A stretch of 64,000 nucleotides of DNA from Desulfobacterales bacterium (GTDB taxonomy: Bacteria > Desulfobacterota > Desulfobacteria > Desulfobacterales > UBA2174). Of this stretch, positions 51,266 through 60,703 are shown piece after piece. Location of the stretch: positions 352,001 to 416,000 of the forward strand of contig CAXXWC010000001.1 of assembly GCA_963668645.2 (NCBI GenBank), read 5' to 3'. Each line of letters opens with the position of its first letter. The stretch's first letter is position 1. A program made the translations under genes and the position numbers. The notes under the pieces were generated by a model. The model saw only the letters and a list, made by a program, of their open reading frames with translations, had not been told where the DNA came from and ran no database searches.

Positions 51266-52069
51266 ATGCACGAGCAATCACCCCCCCGCAAGCGGCGCTA
51301 TCTTTTTCCGGGGGCCGTGGCATTATTGACACTGCTGCTGGCGGCGGCATGGTTGGCGTACCGGCAGGCACCCGCACCTTCGACAGCGCCGCGTTCGACC
51401 GAGGCGTCTTCTACCGAGACGCCCTCCGCGGCGCCTTTCAAAGTACGCCTGCCGGTCAAGACCGAGCCGCAAATCCACTACGATGAGCTGAACCAGGATC
51501 CCGCCGTCCAAGAACTCATGGACCGGCGCGGGCGGCAATACGGCCTGAAGGAAGGACTCGACCTGATCGTTGGGCGGGATGAAAGCGTTCGCATCGGTGA
51601 TCAGACCTTTTCAATGGCGGAGATTGAACGGCTCATTGCGCTGCGCGAAGGGCGCATCGTCGAAAACGCCATAGGTGAGAACGGTGCGGCGCCGTCCACG
51701 GCAACCAACGGACTTTACGGCATCCATGTGGTCAGGCCGGGAGAGAACATCTGGAACATCCACTTCAAGCTGCTCCAGGGATATTTCAGGCAAAAGGGGA
51801 TCTTGCTTTCCAGGTGGGCGGACGAACCGCAGTCCAACGGATCGAGCAGCGGCGTCGGCCGGTTGCTGAAGTTCTCCGAGCATATGGTCTATGTTTACAA
51901 CCTTAACGAGCGCCGGTTGGATCAGGAAATCACCCTGATTCAACCCCTGAGCAAAATCGTCATCTACAACATGGACCGGGTTCTGGCCTTGCTCGAAGGG
52001 ATCGACTACCGGCGGATCGACCAGATCCGCTTTGACGGCGAAACCCTCTGGTTGCCGGCCGCCCAGTGA
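51266..52069 (+). CDS. Membrane-anchored hypothetical protein with a LysM-like segment
   Basis: N-terminal TM helix; HVVRPGENIWNI. Confidence 0.65.
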   Translation: MHEQSPPRKRRYLFPGAVALLTLLLAAAWLAYRQAPAPSTAPRSTEASSTETPSAAPFKVRLPVKTEPQIHYDELNQDPAVQELMDRRGRQYGLKEGLDLIVGRDESVRIGDQTFSMAEIERLIALREGRIVENAIGENGAAPSTATNGLYGIHVVRPGENIWNIHFKLLQGYFRQKGILLSRWADEPQSNGSSSGVGRLLKFSEHMVYVYNLNERRLDQEITLIQPLSKIVIYNMDRVLALLEGIDYRRIDQIRFDGETLWLPAAQ

Positions 52070-52229
52070 CCGAACGGTCCGCGATCGGCAAGAATCATTT
52101 GACCCGCCAGGTGTTTTTCAGTATACCAGCGCGGACTTTTAATCGAAGATCCGGTTCAGAGGCGGACATTCAGCCAGGGGCGTTTGTGGCGTCATTTGAC
52201 CGAATCATCCGCAACAGGAGGTAATAATC

Positions 52230-52637
52230 TTGATTGACATCGCCTATGCCATGGGTCAGGGAGGGGGCGCCGCTGCGGGCGGCGCTGGTGGATTCTCCTC
52301 GTTCATCCCGCTGATCTTGATGTTCGTGATTTTCTACTTTCTGCTGATTCGCCCTCAGCAAAAGAAGCAAAAAGAACATCGGGACATGATTGCCAGTCTC
52401 AAAAAGGGAGATCGCATCGTCACCAGCGGCGGGTTGCACGGCCGCGTCACCGGATTGGACGAGAGCACCTTGACCGTAGAAATCGCCGAAAAAGTCCGTG
52501 TCAAGGTCAACCGCGGGAATGTCGCCGCCGTGATGCGGGCCAACGCTGCCCCGGCGCCGGCCAAAAAAGACCCGCCACCGGCCAAGAAGGACAAAGAGGG
52601 AAACGACGAAAAAAAAGAGGATTCGGACACCAAGTAG
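52230..52637 (+). CDS. yajC: Preprotein translocase subunit YajC
   Basis: FYFLLIRPQQK, GDRIVTSGGLHG. Confidence 0.95.
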   Translation: MIDIAYAMGQGGGAAAGGAGGFSSFIPLILMFVIFYFLLIRPQQKKQKEHRDMIASLKKGDRIVTSGGLHGRVTGLDESTLTVEIAEKVRVKVNRGNVAAVMRANAAPAPAKKDPPPAKKDKEGNDEKKEDSDTK

Positions 52638-52839
52638 CAATCGTTTCTTCATTTTTTGCCAGAACATCGGCCCTCGGCCGCACCCCTGTTGCACCGGGGC
52701 CCGGTTGTAAGTGTGCCCGCATCCCCGACCTGCCGCACCCAAAGCACCATCCGGGCCTTTTGGCGTCCGGCAGCGGCAGTTCGCTGGACCGCGGGCACGG
52801 CTGTTTGACTTAATCCGTGATGATGAAAGGACAAGTGGC

Positions 52840-54417
52840 TTGAAGCGCATATCCTGGCGTCTGATTCTGATCGTGGCGGTCATTGTGACGGCCCTGATCT
52901 ACATGCTGCCGACCCTCCGTCCGGGCACTTGGCCCCACAAACGGATCAACCTGGGTCTCGATCTGCAAGGCGGGATGCATCTTTTGTTCAAGGTCGATCG
53001 CGAAAAGGCCGTCGAATCCGCAGTCAATCGCACCGCTGAAGATCTGCGGGTCGAATTGCGCCGCCAGCGGGCTCAGTACCAACAATTGGAGGTTCGCGAC
53101 GGCCGCCTGATCGTGGTACAGCTCGACGGGGAAAAAAACATCGACGCCTTTCAGCAAGTGCTCGACAAGGATTTTATCGGTCTGCGCATCGTGGAGGACC
53201 GTACCGCCAACGGCGTCCGGACGATTTCCCTGAGCCTGCCTGACAAGGAGATCACGCACATCTATCAGCTTGCCGTGGCTCAGGCCCTGGAAACGATCCG
53301 CAACCGCATCGATCAGTTCGGGGTCAGCGAACCGGATATCCGCCGCCAAGGTGAAGACCAAATCCTGCTCCAGTTGCCGGGTGTCAAGGACCAGAAACGG
53401 GCCAAAGAACTCATCGGCCGTACGGCCCTGCTGGAGTTTCGGATGGTGGACGACGCCCACAACCTGGATGCGGCTTTGCGCGGGGATGTGCCGGCCGGCA
53501 GCGAGATCCTTTACGAAATCAATCGCGACCCGAATACCAACCGCAGCGTCAAAACGCCCTACCTGATCAAAAAGCGGGCTATGCTGACCGGGGAATATCT
53601 CACCGATGCCAGGGTCCAGATCGACTCGCGCTACAATGATCCGTATGTGTCCATCGACTTCGATCCCAAAGGGGCCCAAATCTTCGAGCGCGTCACCGGT
53701 GAAAATGTCAAAAAACGCATGGCCATCGTTCTGGACGGCAATGTTTACAGCGCCCCGGTAATCCAGGAACGCATCTCGGGGGGCAAGGCCCGCATCACCG
53801 GCAGTTTCACCACCGAGGATGCCCGCGACCTGGCCATCGTGCTGCGTTCAGGGGCTTTGCCAGCCCCGCTGATCTTGGAAGAAGAGCGCAGCGTCGGCCC
53901 GTCCCTGGGCGCCGAATCGATCCGCAGCGGCATGATCTCGATGATCGTCGGCGGGCTGCTGGTTGTGGCCTTCATGCCGCTTTACTACCGCGCAGCCGGC
54001 CTGATCGCCGATGCGGCCCTGCTGGTGAACATCCTGCTCATCGCCGGCGGTCTGGCGGCTTTTCAAGCCACTCTGACCATGCCGGGTATCGCCGGGATTA
54101 TTCTCACCATCGGCATGGCGGTTGATGCCAACGTACTGATTTTTGAAAGGATCAGAGAGGAAGTGGGGCTTGGCAAGCCGCCCCGGGCTGCCGTGGACGC
54201 CGGATTCGACAGGGCCACCCTGACCATCCTGGACGCCAATGTTACCACCCTGATCGCCGCCCTGGTGCTTTTCCAATTCGGCACCGGACCGGTCAAAGGC
54301 TTCGCCGTCACGCTGAGTCTGGGGGTTGTGGCCAGTCTCTTCACGGCCCTGATCCTCTCGCGGGCTATCTTCAATCAGATCATGGCCGGCCGCAAGGTCG
54401 TCCGTTTGAGCATTTGA
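52840..54417 (+). CDS. secD: Protein translocase subunit SecD
   Basis: LGLDLQGG, RIDQFGVSEP, VGPSLG, GMAVDANVLIFERI; TTG start after AAGGA. Confidence 0.96.
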   Translation: MKRISWRLILIVAVIVTALIYMLPTLRPGTWPHKRINLGLDLQGGMHLLFKVDREKAVESAVNRTAEDLRVELRRQRAQYQQLEVRDGRLIVVQLDGEKNIDAFQQVLDKDFIGLRIVEDRTANGVRTISLSLPDKEITHIYQLAVAQALETIRNRIDQFGVSEPDIRRQGEDQILLQLPGVKDQKRAKELIGRTALLEFRMVDDAHNLDAALRGDVPAGSEILYEINRDPNTNRSVKTPYLIKKRAMLTGEYLTDARVQIDSRYNDPYVSIDFDPKGAQIFERVTGENVKKRMAIVLDGNVYSAPVIQERISGGKARITGSFTTEDARDLAIVLRSGALPAPLILEEERSVGPSLGAESIRSGMISMIVGGLLVVAFMPLYYRAAGLIADAALLVNILLIAGGLAAFQATLTMPGIAGIILTIGMAVDANVLIFERIREEVGLGKPPRAAVDAGFDRATLTILDANVTTLIAALVLFQFGTGPVKGFAVTLSLGVVASLFTALILSRAIFNQIMAGRKVVRLSI

Positions 54418-54440
54418 GGGAAGGAAAAGGACATTCCGCC

Positions 54441-55478
54441 ATGCAGTTCATCAGACCTGACATCAACATTGATTTTATCGGAAAAAGACGCCTGGCGTAT
54501 CTTCTTTCAGCCCTGCTGCTGCTCGTCACCGTCATTACCCTCATCTGGCACAACGGACCGCGCTACGGCATCGACTTTGTCGGCGGCACGGTGGTTCAAA
54601 TCAAGTTCGACCGGTCGGTGCCCCTCGATGCCGTCCATAAGGGTCTGGCAGAGGCCGGCCTGGGCCGGAGCACGGTGCAGCGCTTCGGCGATCACGCGGA
54701 CAACGAATACCTGGTCCGCAGCGACCGGGCCGAAAACAGCGACGGTTTAGCCCAGCAGCTGAGCCAGGCCCTCGGCCGGACAACCAATGCCGGGGTCGAT
54801 GTCCAGCGCGTCGAGATGGTGGGCCCCCAGGTGGGCAAGGATCTGCGCAACAAGGCGCTTTTTGCCATCTTCTTTTCAATGCTGTTTATCGCCATTTACA
54901 TCAGCGGCCGCTTCGAGCAGCGCTGGACGGTGGCCGCCCTCATCGCCGGCGCCCTGATCGGTGCGGTATACGGTCTTTCCCTGTTCAACGTGAGCATCGC
55001 AGGACTTATTTTGGCCGGCCTGATCGTCACGCTGGTCCTTTTCTGGTTTCTCGAGCTGCGCTACGCCATGGGGGCCATCGTCGCGCTGATCCATGATGTG
55101 GGCATCACCATCGGTGTCTTTTCGCTGATGGACAAGGAATTCACCTTGCCGATCATCGCGGCCCTGCTCACCATCATCGGCTATTCGCTCAACGACACGA
55201 TCATCGTGTTCGACCGGATTCGCGAAAACATTCGCAAACACCCGCGCAACCCATTGGAATCCACCGTCAACCGAAGCGTCAATGAAACCTTGAGCCGCAC
55301 GCTGCTCACTTCGGGCACCACCCTGGTGGTCGTGATCGCCCTTTTCGTGCTCGGTGGCGGGATCATCCATGACTTTGCCTTCGCGCTCTTGGTCGGGATC
55401 TTGGTGGGCACCTACTCGTCGATCTACGTTGCCAGTCCGATTCTGCTGCTCTGGCAGAGGCGCACCCGACGCGCCTGA
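54441..55478 (+). CDS. secF: Protein translocase subunit SecF
   Basis: GIDFVGG, VGPQVG, GYSLNDTIIVFDRIRE. Confidence 0.96.
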   Translation: MQFIRPDINIDFIGKRRLAYLLSALLLLVTVITLIWHNGPRYGIDFVGGTVVQIKFDRSVPLDAVHKGLAEAGLGRSTVQRFGDHADNEYLVRSDRAENSDGLAQQLSQALGRTTNAGVDVQRVEMVGPQVGKDLRNKALFAIFFSMLFIAIYISGRFEQRWTVAALIAGALIGAVYGLSLFNVSIAGLILAGLIVTLVLFWFLELRYAMGAIVALIHDVGITIGVFSLMDKEFTLPIIAALLTIIGYSLNDTIIVFDRIRENIRKHPRNPLESTVNRSVNETLSRTLLTSGTTLVVVIALFVLGGGIIHDFAFALLVGILVGTYSSIYVASPILLLWQRRTRRA

Positions 55479-55547
55479 GTCCCGGCCGGGCCGTACTCCC
55501 CGGCAACCCGACCCGCCGATCGACCGGGCAAGTCATCCGGAGGCGGC

Positions 55548-56630
55548 ATGGACGCACTGTTGCCCTGGTTCACGCTGAAATCGGTATCGGGCGTCGGACC
55601 GCATCTGTTCAAACGCCTGCTGGAGCACTTCGCCTCGCCGGCCGCCGTGCTGGCAGCACCGGCGGCCGTGCTGGAATCGGTCCCCGGCGTCTCCCGGAAT
55701 CTGGCCAGGGCCATTGCCAATCAGCGGGAAGCGGTAGATGTCAGAACCGAAATTCAGGCCGCCGCTGCCGCCGGAGTGCGGATTCTGACGATGGATCATC
55801 TGGAGTATCCTTCGTTGCTGCGAGAAATTCCCGATCCGCCGCCCTGGCTCTACGTAAAGGGGCAGTTGCTCCCCTGTGATCTGCCCATCGCCATGGTGGG
55901 GGCCCGCACCGCCACCAATTACGGCTTGACCACAGCCCAGGGGCTGGCCGCGGATCTGGCTGCCAGCGGTGCGACGATCGTCAGCGGGCTGGCCCTGGGA
56001 ATCGATGCGGCCGCCCACCAGGGAGCCCTGCAGGCCGGCGGGCGGACCGTGGCGGTTTTGGGCAGCGGGTTGGGTTGCATCTATCCACCGGAGAACCGTG
56101 CGTTGGCCGAACGGATCGCAAACAGCGGCGCCTTGATCAGTGAGCTGGCGATGCACAGCGGACCGGATGCTCATCATTTTCCGCGTCGCAACCGGATCAT
56201 CAGCGGAATGAGCCGTGGAACGGTGGTGGTCGAGGCCGGACTGCGCAGCGGGGCCTTGATAACGGCCCGCCTGGCGGCCGAGCAGAATCGCGAAGTCTTT
56301 GCCGTGCCCGGCAGCATCCGCTCGTATAAAAGTGCAGGCACGCATCATCTGATTCGCCAGGGAGCCAAGCTGGTGGCCCATGCGCGTGACATTCTCGAAG
56401 AGTTCGCCCACTGGCCGGCTCCCTCCAGTGCACCGCCGGACAAGACGGCCGGCCTGTCCATTGAGGCAAAAACGGTGCTGGCAGCCCTTGAGGTCTACCC
56501 GGTACACATCGACGCTTTGGCACGGCGTCTCGATCTGCCGGCCGGTACGCTTGCAGGATATCTATTGGAGCTGGAGATCAACGGGTTGGCAGTGCAGTGG
56601 CCCGGCAAGCGTTTTGCCCGGCAGACTTGA
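55548..56630 (+). CDS. dprA: DNA-processing protein DprA
   Basis: VSGLALGIDAAAH, FPRRNRIISG, SGALITA. Confidence 0.95.
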   Translation: MDALLPWFTLKSVSGVGPHLFKRLLEHFASPAAVLAAPAAVLESVPGVSRNLARAIANQREAVDVRTEIQAAAAAGVRILTMDHLEYPSLLREIPDPPPWLYVKGQLLPCDLPIAMVGARTATNYGLTTAQGLAADLAASGATIVSGLALGIDAAAHQGALQAGGRTVAVLGSGLGCIYPPENRALAERIANSGALISELAMHSGPDAHHFPRRNRIISGMSRGTVVVEAGLRSGALITARLAAEQNREVFAVPGSIRSYKSAGTHHLIRQGAKLVAHARDILEEFAHWPAPSSAPPDKTAGLSIEAKTVLAALEVYPVHIDALARRLDLPAGTLAGYLLELEINGLAVQWPGKRFARQT

Positions 56631-56781
56631 CGCCAGATGCCAGGATCGCCATCTTGCCCCCCATCGACCTCGATGATCATGCCGAATCGAGGCTGAAACA
56701 GACCCCAAGCCGTGAATCCTTTGGGTCAGAGGCCCTTGGAGTCATTGACGTGGACCCGAACATGAATATCGGAGCTTTATC

Positions 56782-59103
56782 GTGACCAAACCGCTCGTCG
56801 TTGTTGAATCGCCCACCAAAGTCCGCACATTGAAAAAATATTTAGGTAAAGACTTTAACGTAGCCGCCACCGTTGGCCATATCAAGGACTTGCCGCTGCG
56901 CGAAATCGGCATCGACATCGAAAACGGATTCACCCCGGTCTACCAGACCATCGCCGGCAAGCAAAAAGTGATCGGAGCCCTTAAAAAGGCCGCCGGCGAT
57001 ACAACGGAAGTCTATCTGGCACCGGACCCGGACCGCGAAGGGGAGGCCATCGCCTGGCATACCGCCGATGTCCTGAAAAAAAAGGGCCGCCAATTCCACC
57101 GGGTCCTCTTTCACGAACTGACCGGAGGAGCGATCCGCGAGGCCATGCACCGCCCCCTGCCGCTCAACGCCGCCAAATACGATGCCCAGCAGACCCGGCG
57201 CATCCTGGACCGGCTGGTGGGATACCAGATTTCCCCCCTGCTCTGGCGCAAGGTCAAGGGCGGTCTGAGCGCCGGGCGGGTCCAGTCGGTTGCCGTGCGT
57301 ATCATCTGTGAGCGTGAGCGGGCCATCCAGGCTTTCGAACCCCAGGAATACTGGTCGATCAGCGCCGATTTGGCGGCAAAGGCAGACGCTTCTTCCGGCG
57401 CTGATGAGACGCTCTTTTCAGCCAAGCTGGTCAAAAAGCTTGATCGCAAGATCGAAATTCCCGATGAGCAAAGCGCACTCCAGATCCTCAAAGAATTGGA
57501 CGGCGCCGCCTTTACGGTGGCCAAGGTGGTCAAGAAGACGGTGCGGCGCAATCCCCTGCCCCCGTTCATCACCAGCAAGCTCCAGCAGGAAGCGATCCAA
57601 AAGCTGCGTTTTTCTGCCAAAAAGACCATGAGCGTGGCCCAGCAACTCTACGAGGGAATCGACATCGGCGACGGTGAGCCCGAGGGGCTGATTACCTACA
57701 TGCGCACCGACTCGACCAGGATCTCGGCCGAGGCCGCCGCCGAGGCCCTGACCCTGATCCGTGACCGTTTCGGGGAGCGATACACCATCGCCAAACCGAG
57801 GGCTTTTCCCAACAAGAACAAGGCCCAGGACGCCCACGAGGCCATTCGCCCCACCTCGGTGGCCAACACCCCGGAAAAGCTTGCCCCTCATCTGAATGCC
57901 GACCAGCTGAACCTCTACCGCCTGATCTGGCAGCGTTTCGTCGCCTCCCAAATGGCCCAGGCACTCATCGATCAGAATTCGGTCACCATCGCTGCCCGTG
58001 ATTACCGATTTGCCGCCAGCGGTTCATCCATCCGCTTTGCAGGCTTCATGGCCCTGTACCTGAGTGTCGAGGAGAGCGACGCCCAGAGCCGTGAGGGGCA
58101 AGGCTCGATGCTGCCCGAACTGACCGAGGGCCAGGCCTTGACCCTGCGCCGCCTCGACCCCAAACAGCATTTCACCCAGCCCCCGCCCCGTTTCTCCGAG
58201 GCCTCGCTGGTCAAAGAGCTGGAGGAAAACGGTATCGGCCGCCCCAGCACCTATGCCGCCATCCTGGGCACGATCCGGGAAAAAGGGTACGTGGAAATGC
58301 TCAAGGGCTATTTTCGGCCCACCGAACTCGGATTCATTGTCAACGATCTGCTGGTGGCCAATTTCACCGATATCTTCGGTGTCGATTTCACCGCCCGCAT
58401 GGAGGACAATCTGGACCGCATAGAAGCGGCTGAGATCAACTCCCTCAGTGTACTGGAGGGGTTTTACGGCCAGTTCAAGGACGATCTGGGCAAGGCCGCC
58501 GAAGGGATGTTGAGCATGCGCGGCATCGGTATGCCGGTAGACCTGACCTGTCCGGAATGCGGGCAGGGGCAGATTCACATCAAGGTGGGCAAAAACGGTG
58601 AGTACCTGGCCTGCGACCGCTACCCCAAATGCCGCTACACCCGCAACTACACCCGCGATGAAAAAGGGCGCATCCAGCCGGTGGATCCGCAGACGGATGC
58701 CGACTCGGATGCGGTTTGCGAAAAATGCGGCCGGCCCATGCGCATCCGCGAAGGCCGATTCGGGCCTTTTCTGGCGTGCAGCGGTTATCCCGAGTGCCGC
58801 CATACCGCATCACTTAGCGGTCCGGCTAATGCGGCCGCCACCGGCGTCGCCTGCCCGCAACCGGGCTGCAGCGGCGAGTTGGTAGGGCGAAAATCCAAAC
58901 GCGGCAAAGCCTTCTACGGTTGCAGCCGCTACCCGGATTGCGACTACGCCATCTGGGACAAGCCGGTCCCGGTCGGCTGCCCCGTCTGCGGCGCCCCCTT
59001 TCTGGTGGAGCGCACCACCAAGAAGGACGGCACCTTTCTGGCCTGCCTCAACCGCAGCTGCGGCCATCGCCAGCCCGTCGAGACACCTTCTGCCAAGGAC
59101 TGA
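56782..59103 (+). CDS. topA: DNA topoisomerase I
   Basis: VVESPTK, DPDREGEAI, SAGRVQS, ITYMRTDS, C-terminal zinc ribbons. Confidence 0.97.
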   Translation: MTKPLVVVESPTKVRTLKKYLGKDFNVAATVGHIKDLPLREIGIDIENGFTPVYQTIAGKQKVIGALKKAAGDTTEVYLAPDPDREGEAIAWHTADVLKKKGRQFHRVLFHELTGGAIREAMHRPLPLNAAKYDAQQTRRILDRLVGYQISPLLWRKVKGGLSAGRVQSVAVRIICERERAIQAFEPQEYWSISADLAAKADASSGADETLFSAKLVKKLDRKIEIPDEQSALQILKELDGAAFTVAKVVKKTVRRNPLPPFITSKLQQEAIQKLRFSAKKTMSVAQQLYEGIDIGDGEPEGLITYMRTDSTRISAEAAAEALTLIRDRFGERYTIAKPRAFPNKNKAQDAHEAIRPTSVANTPEKLAPHLNADQLNLYRLIWQRFVASQMAQALIDQNSVTIAARDYRFAASGSSIRFAGFMALYLSVEESDAQSREGQGSMLPELTEGQALTLRRLDPKQHFTQPPPRFSEASLVKELEENGIGRPSTYAAILGTIREKGYVEMLKGYFRPTELGFIVNDLLVANFTDIFGVDFTARMEDNLDRIEAAEINSLSVLEGFYGQFKDDLGKAAEGMLSMRGIGMPVDLTCPECGQGQIHIKVGKNGEYLACDRYPKCRYTRNYTRDEKGRIQPVDPQTDADSDAVCEKCGRPMRIREGRFGPFLACSGYPECRHTASLSGPANAAATGVACPQPGCSGELVGRKSKRGKAFYGCSRYPDCDYAIWDKPVPVGCPVCGAPFLVERTTKKDGTFLACLNRSCGHRQPVETPSAKD

Positions 59104-59179
59104 GGGCAGCTCTGGAGCCCACGGTCGGTTGCCGGGACGATTGCCCCAATCCGCCGCGGCGTTTTCGCAGGCCGCCTTT

Positions 59180-60703
59180 TTATGGATCGAGATTGGACAG
59201 GCGCGTCAGCCCGTAACGCTGGCGCACCTCGGCGTCCACCGCCGCCTGATTGCCCGGATCGAGGTAGATCCGAAAAGGCGGCTGGTCGATCTCGATGCGA
59301 TGAAACCCTCCCAAAGGGGCCTCTAACGCCGGGGAGACGTCATCGAGACGATGGATGGGCCGGTCGTTAATCCGGACCACCACCGCATTGGCGATCTGCT
59401 CGTAGCCGATGGTGGCCGAAATGGGCAGCACGGCATTGAGCACCACTATCTTTTCACCGGCCGGACGCCGCAGGGCATACTGATTCTCATAAAAGTAAAG
59501 CAGATGGATCGGTGCGTTGACGATCCAGTCAACGCCGAAATCCATTAAAAAGGGAACGGATAATTCCTGCAGGACCAGGCCGCTGAGCACGTAGTAGCGT
59601 GGCGGCCGGTCATGGCGGTAGGGCGGCACCAGGAGGTCTTCGCTTTGCGGGTGGGCCAGGCGCACAAGCACCTGGTGGGGGCGCCCCTGGCGGCTCAAGG
59701 TAAAACGCACCACGTCACCCACCTGGTAGCCGCAGCGAATCAGATGCGTGATCCCGATACGCCCCAACTGTGAATCGAGGTAGAACCCGCGGCTGTCCAC
59801 GGCATGATCATCGATGGCGACAAGCACGTCGCCGGCCTGAATCGCGGCCCGATCCGCCGGGCTGCCCGCCAAGAGATTCTCGACCATGACCCCGCGGCCA
59901 TCCTGTGGCAACCCGGCCCAGCGCCGCAGCTGGGGATCATCGGTGGGCACCGAACGGATCCCGGAAACGGGAAATCCGTCGTAGCGGCCGTCGGCGATAT
60001 CGTCGAGAAAATGAGTGATGAGGGGCGCCGGGGTCGCATCCAGGGTTTGGCCCCGGTCCTCGCCGGGTCTTAACAGGCCTGCCAGCCGCCCCGCACGCAC
60101 CACCGGCAGGGTCAGATTGCCCTGCCGGTCGAGCGTCGAGCCGTTTAGGCGGTAAACCAGGAACTGGTTGCCGTACGGGTAGTCTCCCAACTCGATGTTC
60201 TCGACTGTGGCCGAACTGGCGATGATCCGCCCTCCGGGCTGAACTTGGAGCACGGAAAGCCGGTCTTGCAGCTGAATCCTCTCTGCCACGGCCAGGCCAT
60301 GCATACCGTCCATGAAACCCGGCTCTTTGCAGGCCAGCAGCGCCAGGTCCGCCTCGTAGTCCACCGCCACCACCGCAGCCCGGCATTTGACTCCGCTGTC
60401 GATCTTCTCAAGCTCGACAAAACGGTGATCGGCCACCGTTCCGGCGCTGACCAGCACGCGGCCATCCAATAGAACCGCCCCCACAGCCGAAACGCTCTGG
60501 GTCGGTTCAGGCTGCCAGGGCCGATGGTTGTAAAAGGCCTGGCGGGTAACGTTGACCCTCAGCAGGCAGCTTTCCAAAAACGGAGGCGCACCGCCTCCCG
60601 AACCGATCATCGCGGTCCGGCAACAGGCCGTGGTCATCAGCACCAGCGATGCCAGAACCAACGCCATGCCCTTTTTCACTGGCATCGAGTGGGACTCTGT
60701 CAT
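59180..60703 (-). CDS. Deg/HtrA-like PDZ protein with a degenerate catalytic triad
   Basis: Collinear with the neighbouring protease, but TNAHVV reads VSAGTV and GNSGGP reads GNLTLP; PDZ SPADRAAIQAGDVL. Confidence 0.8.
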   Translation of the reverse strand: MTESHSMPVKKGMALVLASLVLMTTACCRTAMIGSGGGAPPFLESCLLRVNVTRQAFYNHRPWQPEPTQSVSAVGAVLLDGRVLVSAGTVADHRFVELEKIDSGVKCRAAVVAVDYEADLALLACKEPGFMDGMHGLAVAERIQLQDRLSVLQVQPGGRIIASSATVENIELGDYPYGNQFLVYRLNGSTLDRQGNLTLPVVRAGRLAGLLRPGEDRGQTLDATPAPLITHFLDDIADGRYDGFPVSGIRSVPTDDPQLRRWAGLPQDGRGVMVENLLAGSPADRAAIQAGDVLVAIDDHAVDSRGFYLDSQLGRIGITHLIRCGYQVGDVVRFTLSRQGRPHQVLVRLAHPQSEDLLVPPYRHDRPPRYYVLSGLVLQELSVPFLMDFGVDWIVNAPIHLLYFYENQYALRRPAGEKIVVLNAVLPISATIGYEQIANAVVVRINDRPIHRLDDVSPALEAPLGGFHRIEIDQPPFRIYLDPGNQAAVDAEVRQRYGLTRLSNLDP

